Shown here piece by piece: positions 1 to 9,556 of a stretch of 64,000 nucleotides of DNA. This DNA comes from Candidatus Eiseniibacteriota bacterium (GTDB lineage: Bacteria; Eisenbacteria; RBG-16-71-46), in the NCBI GenBank assembly GCA_038231135.1, contig JBBRLX010000003.1:32001-96000 (forward strand), given 5' to 3'. The notes beneath the pieces were generated by a model, which saw nothing but the letters and a program-made list of their open reading frames with translations, was not told where the DNA came from and made no database searches. Numbering within the stretch: position 1 is the stretch's first letter; every line of letters begins with the position of its first letter. Made by a program: the position numbers and the translations under genes.

Positions 1-20
1 GCGAGCTGCGAGGAACGATC

Positions 21-1430
21 ATGAGCGTCGACGTCCAGGTCCCCCGGCTCGCGGAGTCGATTTCGGACGCGGTGCTCGTGGAGTGGCTGCGCGCCGACGG
101 CGCCACCGTGAAGGCCGACGAGCCGATCGCGACGCTCGAGACCGACAAGGCCGCGGTCGAGATCGCCGCCACCGAGCCGGGCGTGCTGCGCCACGCGCGC
201 GCCGTGGGGGAAACGGTGCTGGTCGGCGACGTGATCGCGCGGATCGACGCCGGCGGCGCGGACGGTTCGAAGCCGGCGCCGGTGGCCGGCGCGTCCGCCG
301 CTGCGAAGCCGCCGGCGCCCGCGAGGATGCCGGTGGGTGCGAGTGCGTCCGCCCTCTCGCTCCCGAGTCCACCCGCGGCGGTGCCCGCGGCCGCGGTGAG
401 TCCACCCGTCGCCGGTGCTGCGAATGCGGCCGCCTCGGCCGCCGGACCGCCCCCGAACGGCGGTGTCACGACCCCCGATGCGCCGTTGTCGCCGGCGGTG
501 CGGCGGCTGGTCGAGGAGCATCACCTCGAACCGGCCACGATCCCGGCCAGTGGCCGGGGCGGGCGGCTGCTCAAGGAGGACGTGCTGCGCCACCTCGAGA
601 GCGCATCCGCGCCGGGCGCCGTTTCCGCGCCGTCAACGCCCACGCCGCCCGGGATACCGGCTCCGGCGATCGCACAGGCGTCCGCGCCGGATCCGGCCGC
701 CGCCGTTCGCCCGCCGGCCGCCGCGCCGTCCGCGGACGAGCGCGTGGTGCCGATGAGCCGGCTGCGCCAGCGCATCGCCGAACGCCTGGTCCAGGCGCAG
801 CACACCGCGGCGATCCTGACGACATTCAACGAGATCGACATGACCGCGGTGCTGGAGTTGCGCGCGCGGCACAAGGACGCCTTCGAGCGCCGGCACGGCG
901 TCAAGCTCGGCTTCATGGGCCTGTTCACGCGCGCCTGTGTGCATGCGCTCGAGGACGTGCCCGAGCTGAACGCCGAGATCCGCGGCACCGATATCCTGTA
1001 CCGGCGCCGCGTCCACATGGGTGTCGCCGTCGGCACGCCGCGCGGGCTCGTGGTGCCGGTGGTGCGGGACGCGCACGCGCTCACGCTCGACGGCATCGAG
1101 CGCGAGATCGGGCGGCTCGCGGTGCGCGCGAAGGACGGCACGCTGTCGCTCGACGAGCTGACGGGCGGCACGTTCACGATCTCGAACGGCGGCGTCTACG
1201 GCTCGCTGCTGTCGACGCCGATCCTCAATCCGCCGCAGAGCGGCATCCTCGGCATGCACAAGATCGAGCGGCGCCCGATCGCGCTCGATACCCAGGTCGT
1301 GATCCGCCCGATGATGTACGTGGCGCTGTCGTACGACCATCGCATCGTCGACGGCGAGCAGGCCGTGACGTTCCTCGTGCGCGTCAAGGAACGCCTCGAA
1401 GACCCCGAGCGCATGCTGCTCAACCTGTGA
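21..1430 (+). CDS. sucB: 2-oxoglutarate dehydrogenase E2, dihydrolipoyllysine-residue succinyltransferase
   Basis: Lipoyl domain (ETDKA), Ala/Pro linkers, E3-binding domain ([12 protein letters not shown]), catalytic SYDHRIVDG, and the SucB-typical TFNEIDM and [18 protein letters not shown]. Confidence 0.95.
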   Translation: MSVDVQVPRLAESISDAVLVEWLRADGATVKADEPIATLETDKAAVEIAATEPGVLRHARAVGETVLVGDVIARIDAGGADGSKPAPVAGASAAAKPPAPARMPVGASASALSLPSPPAAVPAAAVSPPVAGAANAAASAAGPPPNGGVTTPDAPLSPAVRRLVEEHHLEPATIPASGRGGRLLKEDVLRHLESASAPGAVSAPSTPTPPGIPAPAIAQASAPDPAAAVRPPAAAPSADERVVPMSRLRQRIAERLVQAQHTAAILTTFNEIDMTAVLELRARHKDAFERRHGVKLGFMGLFTRACVHALEDVPELNAEIRGTDILYRRRVHMGVAVGTPRGLVVPVVRDAHALTLDGIEREIGRLAVRAKDGTLSLDELTGGTFTISNGGVYGSLLSTPILNPPQSGILGMHKIERRPIALDTQVVIRPMMYVALSYDHRIVDGEQAVTFLVRVKERLEDPERMLLNL

Positions 1431-1482
1431 CTCCGGCGCGCGTCCCGATGATCCCCGATCGATCGACTCCGAGCGTGCCCGC

Positions 1483-2934
1483 GTGACCGCCACCGATTTC
1501 GACCTGATCGTGATCGGCTCGGGCCCCGGCGGCTACATTGCCGCGATTCGCGCGGCCCAGCTCGGCCTCAAGACCGCGTGCATCGAGAAGTACCCGTCGC
1601 TCGGCGGCACGTGCCTGAACGTTGGCTGCATCCCGAGCAAGGCGCTGCTCGAGTCCAGCGAGCACTTCGCGCTCGCGCGCCACGGGTTCGCCGCCCACGG
1701 CATCCGCGCCACGGTCGAGCTCGACCTGCCGAAGATGCTGGCACGCAAGGACGCGGTGGTGAAGCAGCTCACGCGCGGCGTCGAGACGCTGTTCAGGAGC
1801 CACGGCGTGACGCGCCTCGCGGGCACGGGCCGCATCGTGTCGCCGGGAATCGTCGAGGTCACCCCGGCGCCGGGCGCCGCGCCGGATGCGCAGGCGAAGC
1901 GCTACACCACGGCACGCATCCTGATCGCCACCGGCAGCAAGCCGGTCGCGCTGCCGGGCATCGCGTTCGACGACCGGCGCATCGTGCATGCGACGCAGGC
2001 GCTCGAGCTGACGGAGGTGCCCGGGCGGCTCGGCGTGATCGGCGCGGGCGCGATCGGGCTCGAGCTCGGGTCGGTGTGGAACCGGCTGGGAGCCGAGGTC
2101 ACGGTGTATGAGTTCCAGGACCGGGTGGTGCCGGGCATGGACCGCGAGAGCGGGATTCTGCTGCGCAAGTCGCTCGAGCGGCAGGGCATGAAGTTCGAGT
2201 TCGGCGCGTCCGCCCGCGCCGCGAAGCTCGACGGGGACGTGGTGCGCCTCACGATCGAGCAGGGCGGCGCCACCCGCGACGTGGAGTGCGACGTGCTGCT
2301 GGTCGCGGTCGGCCGCCGGCCCTACAGCGACGGGCTCGGAGCCCGCGAAGCCGGCGTGGCGTACGACGATCACGGGCGCATCACCGTCGACGACGCGTAC
2401 CGCACGTCGGTGGCCGGCATCTGGGCCATCGGCGACGTGATCGCGGGGCCGATGCTTGCGCACAAGGCCGAGGAGGAGGGCGTCGCCGCGGTCGAGATCA
2501 TGGCTGGTCTCGCGGGCCACGTCGCCTACGAATGCGTGCCGAACATCGTCTACACGTGGCCCGAGCTCGCGAGCGTGGGGCTGACCGAGGACGAGGCCGC
2601 CGCGCGCGGCCCGATCCACGTCGGCCGGTTCCCGTTCCTCGCCAACGGCCGCGCGAAGACCATGGAGGAACGCGAGGGCCAGGTGAAGATCATCGCGGAC
2701 GCCGCGACCGACCGCATCCTCGGCGCCCACATCGTGGGGCCGCGGGCGAGCGACGTGATCGCCGAGCTGGCGGTGGCGATGGAGTTCGGCGCGAGCGCCG
2801 AGGACGTGGCGCGCTCGGTGCACGCGCATCCCACGCTGTCCGAAGCGGTGAAGGAGGCGGCGCTCGCCGTCGGCAAGCGCTCGATCCACCTGGGGCGGGA
2901 CCCGGGCGCCGCCCCGGTGCCGCCGCGGCCATAG
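1483..2934 (+). CDS. lpdA: Dihydrolipoyl dehydrogenase (E3)
   Basis: GSGPGG FAD motif, GGTCLNVGCIPSK redox disulfide, GAGAIG NAD motif, HAHPTLSE; follows the E2 gene; GTG start. Confidence 0.96.
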   Translation: MTATDFDLIVIGSGPGGYIAAIRAAQLGLKTACIEKYPSLGGTCLNVGCIPSKALLESSEHFALARHGFAAHGIRATVELDLPKMLARKDAVVKQLTRGVETLFRSHGVTRLAGTGRIVSPGIVEVTPAPGAAPDAQAKRYTTARILIATGSKPVALPGIAFDDRRIVHATQALELTEVPGRLGVIGAGAIGLELGSVWNRLGAEVTVYEFQDRVVPGMDRESGILLRKSLERQGMKFEFGASARAAKLDGDVVRLTIEQGGATRDVECDVLLVAVGRRPYSDGLGAREAGVAYDDHGRITVDDAYRTSVAGIWAIGDVIAGPMLAHKAEEEGVAAVEIMAGLAGHVAYECVPNIVYTWPELASVGLTEDEAAARGPIHVGRFPFLANGRAKTMEEREGQVKIIADAATDRILGAHIVGPRASDVIAELAVAMEFGASAEDVARSVHAHPTLSEAVKEAALAVGKRSIHLGRDPGAAPVPPRP

Positions 2935-2937
2935 ATC

Positions 2938-3792
2938 ATGCGACTCACGCTCGGGGACTGGACGCTCACGCCGGTCGAGACCGGCTTCCTGTGGCTCGAC
3001 GGCGGCTCGATGTTCGGATCGGTGCCGAAGCCGTTGTGGAGCCGCACGAATCCGCCCGATGAGCGCAACCGCATCCGGCTCGCCATGCGCTGCCTGCTCG
3101 CCGAGGGGCACGGCCGCCGCGTGCTGGTGGACGATGGACTGGGCGACAAGTTCCCGGACAAGCTGGTCGAGATCTATCGCGTCGAACAGGACCCGGTCCG
3201 GCTCGAGCGCTCACTCGCGGCGCACGGCCTCGGAATCGGCGACATCACCGACGTGGTGCTCACGCATCTGCACTTCGATCACGCCGGCGGCTCGACCGCG
3301 CGTGACGGCGACCGCCTGGTGCCGCGACTGCCGAACGCCCGCTACTACGTGCAACGCCGCAACTGGGAGAACGCCATGCACCCGAACCCGCGCGAGCGGG
3401 CGTCCTACCTGCCCGAGAACTTCGTGCCGCTCCTGGAGGCCGGCCGGCTCGAGCTGTGGCACGGCGTGCAATCGCCATGGCCGGGCTTCGAGCTGGTGCT
3501 CGCCGATGGCCACACGCGCGGGCAGCAGCTGCCGCGGTTCTCGGGCCCCGAGGGCGCCGCCTACTTCGTCGCCGACCTGATCCCCACCGCCGCGCACGTG
3601 CGCATTCCGTTCGTGATGGGTTACGACGTCGCCGCGATCGAGACGATGGAGGAGAAGCGCACGCTGCTCACGCGTGCGTGCGCCGAGGGTGCGTGGATCT
3701 GCCTCGAGCACGATCCCGCCATCGCGTGGGCGCGGCCCGCGGTGGATGGTGACGATTTCAATTGGGCCGAAACCGTGCCGGCGGGGAGCTGA
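2938..3792 (+). CDS. MBL-fold metallo-hydrolase (YtnP-like)
   Basis: LDGGSMFG.VPK.LW N-terminus, THLHFDHAGG metal motif, GHT, ADL, MGYD, EHDP. Confidence 0.9.
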   Translation: MRLTLGDWTLTPVETGFLWLDGGSMFGSVPKPLWSRTNPPDERNRIRLAMRCLLAEGHGRRVLVDDGLGDKFPDKLVEIYRVEQDPVRLERSLAAHGLGIGDITDVVLTHLHFDHAGGSTARDGDRLVPRLPNARYYVQRRNWENAMHPNPRERASYLPENFVPLLEAGRLELWHGVQSPWPGFELVLADGHTRGQQLPRFSGPEGAAYFVADLIPTAAHVRIPFVMGYDVAAIETMEEKRTLLTRACAEGAWICLEHDPAIAWARPAVDGDDFNWAETVPAGS

Positions 3793-3794
3793 CC

Positions 3795-4445
3795 ATGTTC
3801 CATGACCTGCTCGCCACCTGGTTCCGGCTGGCGCTCGCGTGGGGTTACGGCGGGGTGTTCCTGATGATGGCGATCGAATCGACCGTGTTCCCGCTGCCCA
3901 GCGAGGTGGTGATTCCGCCCGCGGCGTACTGGGCCGCGCAGGGTCATCTGAGCTTTTGGGGCGTGGTCGCGGCCGCGACGCTCGGGTCGTGGGCGGGAGC
4001 GGCCATCTCCTATGGCGTCGCGGCCCGGCTCGGGCGCCCGCTCATCCTGAAATACGGCCGGTTCGTGATGGTGACGGAGAGCAAGTGGTTGCTCGCGGAG
4101 CGCTGGATCCAGCGCTACTCCGCGGGTGGCGTGTTCTTCGCGCGGCTGCTGCCGGTGGTGCGGCACCTGGTGTCGCTGCCCGCGGGCGCGGCCCGGATGC
4201 CGTTCGGCAGGTTCTCGCTGATGACGCTGCTCGGGTCCGCGCTGTGGAGCACCGTGCTCGCGTGGTTCGGAGCGCGGGTGCTGGCCGACCAGCCGCGGCT
4301 GCTCGATGATCCCGACGCACTGGTGCACGTGCTCAAGGACAAGCTGATCTGGTTCGTGGGCGCCGCCGCGGTCCTGCTGGTGCTGTACGTGGCCGTGGAC
4401 CTGATCGGCCGCCGGCTCAAGCGCTCGGCCGCAGCATCGGGCTGA
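3795..4445 (+). CDS. DedA family membrane protein
   Basis: ESTVFPLPSEVV and FFARLLPVVRHLVSLPAG motifs; ATG at 3795 just after the upstream stop. Confidence 0.9.
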   Translation: MFHDLLATWFRLALAWGYGGVFLMMAIESTVFPLPSEVVIPPAAYWAAQGHLSFWGVVAAATLGSWAGAAISYGVAARLGRPLILKYGRFVMVTESKWLLAERWIQRYSAGGVFFARLLPVVRHLVSLPAGAARMPFGRFSLMTLLGSALWSTVLAWFGARVLADQPRLLDDPDALVHVLKDKLIWFVGAAAVLLVLYVAVDLIGRRLKRSAAASG

Positions 4446-4514
4446 ACGACAGCGCGGCGGGCCCGGAACCCCGGACCCGCCGCCTGTTCGAGAACTGCCG
4501 CGCTTCGCCTGCGA

Positions 4515-5099
4515 CTACTTCCACAGATAGACGTGGAAGCCGATCGTCGTGAAGTTGTTGCCGAACGTCTGGAAGCGCGTTTCCTTGGTGGCACCTGCCA
4601 GATCGGGCTTGGCGCTTTCGTAGGCCACGCCGTGCGTCGCCGAGACGCTCACGTTCGGAACCAGGAACACCTCGGCTTCCAGCTCGCCCGTGACCGCCCA
4701 TACGTTGAGTTTGTACTTTATGGGGTTCCCGAGTGCATCGATGGCATCGTTCTGGTCCGTGCTCAAGTACTCGAAACCGGGGCGAAAGATGAACGTCGCC
4801 CGTTCCCATTTCTTGACCGCCAACGGCACGCCCACCTCGGTGGCGAACGTGTTCAGCGTGACGGTCTCGTCCTCGAACCCCGGGTTCTTGATCGATTGGA
4901 ATCCGACCGCCAGATCGAGACCGGCTCTGTCCGACAGCCACCACCGGATACCGATCGGGGCGTCGCCGGTGTGGAAGCCCAGACCGCCGCGATTCATCTG
5001 GGAATCGCCCGACATCGTTTCGGCCGCCGCGGATGAGAACGTGATCGCAGTTGCCAGCACAGCCAGCACTCCCAACACCGACATGATATGACGCTTCAT
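4515..5099 (-). CDS. Small outer-membrane beta-barrel protein
   Basis: Signal peptide, amphipathic beta-strand pattern, C-terminal GFHVYLW(K) beta-signal, GGAGG RBS. Confidence 0.7.
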   Translation of the reverse strand: MKRHIMSVLGVLAVLATAITFSSAAAETMSGDSQMNRGGLGFHTGDAPIGIRWWLSDRAGLDLAVGFQSIKNPGFEDETVTLNTFATEVGVPLAVKKWERATFIFRPGFEYLSTDQNDAIDALGNPIKYKLNVWAVTGELEAEVFLVPNVSVSATHGVAYESAKPDLAGATKETRFQTFGNNFTTIGFHVYLWK

Positions 5100-5477
5100 G
5101 GAGTCCTCCGTGAATGATGCAAATCACCGCACTCCGGACCGGACGGACCGGGAGCAGGATCGAGCAGCCGAGTGGTGAACCGGGGTGATGCGACCTGCTC
5201 GGGGTCACCTCCTTTGTGTTTCGCCGAATGACCCCACGCTCCGGAGACATCCTGTCCCTCGGGTGAGCGCGGATCGGCAGTGCGAGCCAGGGCACTGAGC
5301 GGGAGTTTTGAAGCTGGCGGCGCGAAAGTCAAGCACGCAATCGCTGCCAACGGACGCAACCACCGCCGGTTGCGGGCGGCCAGCCGCGGGTGGTCCGACC
5401 GCATTCCGTTTGGAGCGCCCGCCGCCGATGCATTAGGGTCGATTGGTATTCGCGGCGCAATCACCGGAGGGAACGCG

Positions 5478-6587
5478 ATGCCAGGCGTCGAGCTCGACAA
5501 GGTCAGCAAGATCTACGCGCGCGGCCAGAAGGCCGTCGACAGCGTCACGCTGAGCATCGCGGACGGCGAGTTGCTCGTGCTCGTCGGCCCGTCCGGGTGC
5601 GGCAAGTCCACGCTGCTGCGGATGATCGCGGGCCTCGAGGAGGTCTCGGAGGGCACGATCCGCATCGGCTCCCGGGTGGTGAACGACGTGGCGCCGCGGG
5701 ATCGCGACATCGCGATGGTGTTCCAGAACTACGCGCTCTATCCGCACATGACCGTGTTCGAGAACATGGCGTTCGGGCTGCGTCGTCGCAAGACGCCCGA
5801 GCCCGAGGTTTCGCAGCGCGTCAACGCCGCAGCGAACATGCTGGGCCTCGAGTCGTACCTGCAGCGCCGGCCGCGGGAGCTGTCGGGCGGCGAGCGCCAG
5901 CGCGTGGCGCTCGGCCGGGCCATGGTGCGCAACCCGCAGGTGTTCCTGTTCGACGAACCGCTGTCGAACCTCGACGCCAAGCTCCGCGTCCAGATGCGCG
6001 CCGAGATCAAGCGCCTGCACCAGCGGGTGCACTCGACGATGATCTACGTGACGCACGACCAGACCGAGGCCATGACGCTCGGCGATCGGATCGTGGTGCT
6101 GCGCAAGGGCGTGGTGCAGCAGACGGCGGACCCGGTGACGCTCTACCAGCGGCCCGCGAACCAGTTCGTGGCCGGCTTCATCGGCAGCCCGCCGATCAAT
6201 TTCTTCTCGGGGAAGCTGAGCGCCGAGGGCCAGGCACTGGCCGTCGCCACCGCCGGCGCGACGATTTCGCTGGGCGGCGACCTCGCGCCGCGGCTCGCCG
6301 GGAATCGCGGCGGCGCGGTGACGGTGGGGATCCGTCCCGAGGACCTGACGCTCGAGCCTGCGGGTCCCGGCGGCCGGATCGAGGCGCGCGTCGAGGTGCG
6401 CGAACCGCTGGGGAACGAGGTGCTGGTGCATTGGACCACGCCGATGGGCGAACTGCTGTCCCGCGTGCCCGGCCAGGTGGCGCCGCGCGAGGGCGACACC
6501 GCGACGCTGCACTTCGCGTTCGCGAAGCTCCACTTCTTCGACCCCGAGAGCGAGCGGGCGCTGGACGGAGCGCTCGCGACGGTGTGA
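5478..6587 (+). CDS. MalK/UgpC-type carbohydrate ABC transporter ATP-binding protein
   Basis: GPSGCGKS, VFQNYALYPHM, LSGGERQR, DEPLSNLDAKLR, C-terminal TOBE-like region; GGAGG RBS before ATG 5478. Confidence 0.93.
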   Translation: MPGVELDKVSKIYARGQKAVDSVTLSIADGELLVLVGPSGCGKSTLLRMIAGLEEVSEGTIRIGSRVVNDVAPRDRDIAMVFQNYALYPHMTVFENMAFGLRRRKTPEPEVSQRVNAAANMLGLESYLQRRPRELSGGERQRVALGRAMVRNPQVFLFDEPLSNLDAKLRVQMRAEIKRLHQRVHSTMIYVTHDQTEAMTLGDRIVVLRKGVVQQTADPVTLYQRPANQFVAGFIGSPPINFFSGKLSAEGQALAVATAGATISLGGDLAPRLAGNRGGAVTVGIRPEDLTLEPAGPGGRIEARVEVREPLGNEVLVHWTTPMGELLSRVPGQVAPREGDTATLHFAFAKLHFFDPESERALDGALATV

Positions 6588-6618
6588 TGCGGGCGGAGGC
6601 GTCGGCCCCCGACTCGCC

Positions 6619-7758
6619 TCAGCGTGCCGTCAGCCGCTGAACGAACCAGCACGCTCCGGCGGCGATGATGATCAACGCTGTCACCGTCACCAGCCGGTCC
6701 CCGATCACGGGACGCTTGCGTCGCACCCACGCGAACACCGGCGCCACCGCGAGCACGATGCACGCCTGCGCCACCTCGACGCCGAGATTGAACGAGCCGA
6801 GCGCCCAGCCCATGGCCCCCGCCGGCAGGCCGAAATCCCGCAGCACGCTCGCGAAGCCGAAGCCATGGACCAGGCCAAACCCGAACGCGATGCGCGCGCG
6901 CGCGTCACGCCTGCGATGGAGCGCGATCAGTGTCTCGATGCCGATGGTGACGATGCTGAGCGCGATCGCCGGCTCGACGATGCGCGGCGACGGATTCACG
7001 ATCCGGAGCGTGGCGAGGATCAGCGTGATCGTGTGCGCGAGCGTGAACGCCGTGACGATCTTGAGCAGCCGCATCAGGCTGCCGCCGAGCAGCAGCAGCC
7101 CCACGACGAACAGGATGTGATCGGGGCCGATGAAGATGTGATGGATGCCGGCGAGCACGAACGTCCGGATCACGTGCCCCAGGGTCTGCCGCACGCCGGT
7201 GCCCCACGCCCCGGCCGTGTGCTCGTGATCGAGCAGATCCTCGTGGATGAGCTTGCCGTCGGCGTAGATGTTCACGTAGGACTCGTGCGGCGGGTCGTAC
7301 GGGAACAACGGGCCCTTGAGCGCGAGTGTCACCGGCTCGCGCACGTCCGACGTCCACTCGAAGCCGATCGAGCGCTTGGCCGGGACCACGGCGAACGCGC
7401 CGAACCGAGGCCGCACCGGCTTGCCGTCGGCCTCGAGCTGCAGGTGCGAATCGATCACCTGTTCGAGCGCCGCCAGGTTGCGCCGCGTGAACGCGGCGTC
7501 GAGCAGCGAGTCCGGGACCGGCAGCAGTGCCTCGTGCGCCAGATCGACCACGTGCGCCGTGACGCGGCCGTGCAGCGCCCCGCCGTCGATGCGCACGTCG
7601 ATGAAGCTGTAGGGCTGGGAGTGCGCGCCGGCCGCGGCCGGCAGCAGGAGGCCCAGAGCCGTCGCGAGGATCAGCCCGACTGCGGCGAGCGCACGATCGG
7701 CCCACCGCGCACTGTCGCCCGGGCGGGAACGACGTCCGGCGCCGCCCGGCGCGATCAC
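6619..7758 (-). CDS. HupE/UreJ family protein (putative Ni/Co transporter) with N-terminal soluble domain
   Basis: GIHHIFIGPDHILF, AFTLAHTITL, FGLVHGFGFA, FNLGVE motifs; GTG start overlaps the upstream stop (start inferred). Confidence 0.85.
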   Translation of the reverse strand: MIAPGGAGRRSRPGDSARWADRALAAVGLILATALGLLLPAAAGAHSQPYSFIDVRIDGGALHGRVTAHVVDLAHEALLPVPDSLLDAAFTRRNLAALEQVIDSHLQLEADGKPVRPRFGAFAVVPAKRSIGFEWTSDVREPVTLALKGPLFPYDPPHESYVNIYADGKLIHEDLLDHEHTAGAWGTGVRQTLGHVIRTFVLAGIHHIFIGPDHILFVVGLLLLGGSLMRLLKIVTAFTLAHTITLILATLRIVNPSPRIVEPAIALSIVTIGIETLIALHRRRDARARIAFGFGLVHGFGFASVLRDFGLPAGAMGWALGSFNLGVEVAQACIVLAVAPVFAWVRRKRPVIGDRLVTVTALIIIAAGACWFVQRLTAR

Positions 7759-8606
7759 TTCCGGCCCGGGACCCGCGCGAACGTCAGCGACGCCCAGTAG
7801 CTCTCCCAGTCGGCGGAGCGGGGGTCGGAGCTGGGCACCATGTGCACCGCGCTCACCATCCACTCGCCGGTGCCCGACAGCGCCAGCGTCGCGACGCCGT
7901 GGTCGTTCGTGCGCGCGTGCGCGACCGGTCCTACCGAATCGCGCGCGGCGCCGTCCTGCGGCGTCCAGCCATTCGCGAGCTTCTGGTTCCACGCGCGCAC
8001 CAGCGCGCCCGCGAGCGGCTCGCCCTTGAACAGCACGCGCACGGTGAGCGGGCCCGGGCGCGTGGGGTCGGTGGCGGGCACGATCTCGATCGACTGACCC
8101 ACCGGCGTCGTCACGCGCTTCGAGTCCGCGCCCGCGATCCACGTCTTGGGACACCGCGCGTAGCGTTCGCGTCCGTCACCCGCCCTGGCCCCGAGTTTCG
8201 CGCGCTCCGCCAGCGGCTCGTCGAGACCTTCCAGCTTGAGATAGGCGTCGAACTCCGGCGCGGGGAGCTGGATCGTCACGAAGTTCGACTCGTAGGCCGC
8301 CAGCGCGCCACCACCGTCGCTCGCGCGCCAGCGCCCGAAGATCTCGTCGGCGTTCGAGGTCGTCGACCTGAGATCTTCCATCCGGGAGGTCTTCGCGGCC
8401 CACGCGATCGTGCGCGTCGTGGCGTACGGTTTGAGCTCGCCGCGGAACCCGGTGCCCACGTACACCCGCAGTTGCACGCTGTCGCCGGGGGCCGCGTGGT
8501 AGGTCGACGGCGCGAGCCAGAACTCGTGCGCGCGGGCGGGAGCGGCGGCTGCGGCCAGCGCGCACGCGCCGGCCAGCAGCGCGGAGGCGATCGGGACGAG
8601 CTTCAC
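7755..8606 (-). CDS. DUF4198 domain periplasmic protein (metal-uptake associated)
   Basis: Signal peptide then AHEFWLAP; RERYARCPKT; VLFKGEPLAG; C-terminal WESYWASLTF. Confidence 0.85.
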   Translation of the reverse strand: MKLVPIASALLAGACALAAAAAPARAHEFWLAPSTYHAAPGDSVQLRVYVGTGFRGELKPYATTRTIAWAAKTSRMEDLRSTTSNADEIFGRWRASDGGGALAAYESNFVTIQLPAPEFDAYLKLEGLDEPLAERAKLGARAGDGRERYARCPKTWIAGADSKRVTTPVGQSIEIVPATDPTRPGPLTVRVLFKGEPLAGALVRAWNQKLANGWTPQDGAARDSVGPVAHARTNDHGVATLALSGTGEWMVSAVHMVPSSDPRSADWESYWASLTFARVPGRK

Positions 8607-8708
8607 GGCGGGGCATCCTTTCGAAATCGGGAATGGGGAGGCGACAGCGGGCTTAGGACCGGCAGGTGCCCGGTCTACGCGGCCGCGGCCGTGACCGGAT
8701 GAGCGGCG

Positions 8709-9554
8709 TCAGCCCGGACGCCGCGCCAGCAGCCGTGACGTCCAGGGTCCGCCCGCGGGGGACGGCTCATCGTAGCGAACCACCTCGAGTCCGGGAAACG
8801 CGGCGCGCAGCTCGCCCGGCTCGAGCAGGAACCGCCGGCGCTGCGGCTTGCCGAACCGTTCCTGCCCGGCGCGGTAGGTCTCGTAGATCAGGTGGCCGCC
8901 CGGCGCCAGTGCACGCTCGAGCCGCGGCAGCAGCGGGCGGTAGAGGAACCGGAAGCACACGATCAGGTCCCACGCCGCGTCCGGCAGCGGCGAGTCCGCG
9001 GCTTCGAGATCGCACGCCAGCGTCCGCAGCGTGACGCCGGAGCGCTTCGCGAGCGCCTGCGCCCGGCCCAGTGCCAGGGTGTCGAAGTCCCACGCCTCGA
9101 CATCCCAGCCGCGGCCGGCGAGGAACACGGCGTCGCGACCCGAGCCGCACGCCAGATCGATCGCGCGGCCGGCCGCGGGCAGCAACGGCAGCAGCTCGAC
9201 GAGGAACGGATTCGGCCGCCACAGCGGCACGGCGGGCGCGCGATCGGCGGCGACGCCGGGGACGGCGTCCCAGGGCGCCGCGAGCCAGCGCACGTCGTGG
9301 AATCCGAACGCCACGAGCCGCAGGGCGCCCGCCGCCGCCGCGGCGGCGGATTCGGCGACCACCAGCACCGGCGCCTCGCGCGGCGGCAGCTCGGCGCGGC
9401 GCGCGGTCAGATCGGCGCCCGCCACGTTCCCGCTGCCCGGCAGGTGACCGGCTGCGAATTCATGCTCGGCCCGCACGTCGAGCACCGCCCGGCGGCCCAT
9501 GTGGAGCGCGGCATCATCGGGGACGATGGGCTGCGGCGCCTCGGTCATCGGCAT
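8709..9554 (-). CDS. Rhodanese-like domain fused to a TehB-like class I SAM methyltransferase
   Basis: LDVR..EF..GHLPGS rhodanese start; AIDLACGSGRDAVFLA SAM motif; DLIVCFRFLYR, LAPGG, FLLEPGEL. Confidence 0.85.
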   Translation of the reverse strand: MPMTEAPQPIVPDDAALHMGRRAVLDVRAEHEFAAGHLPGSGNVAGADLTARRAELPPREAPVLVVAESAAAAAAGALRLVAFGFHDVRWLAAPWDAVPGVAADRAPAVPLWRPNPFLVELLPLLPAAGRAIDLACGSGRDAVFLAGRGWDVEAWDFDTLALGRAQALAKRSGVTLRTLACDLEAADSPLPDAAWDLIVCFRFLYRPLLPRLERALAPGGHLIYETYRAGQERFGKPQRRRFLLEPGELRAAFPGLEVVRYDEPSPAGGPWTSRLLARRPG

Positions 9555-9556
9555 CG

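Noticed and set aside
8607..8708. Possible cobalamin or NiCo riboswitch upstream of DUF4198-HupE
   Set aside because: The gap is only about 100 nt and has no recognisable conserved riboswitch core
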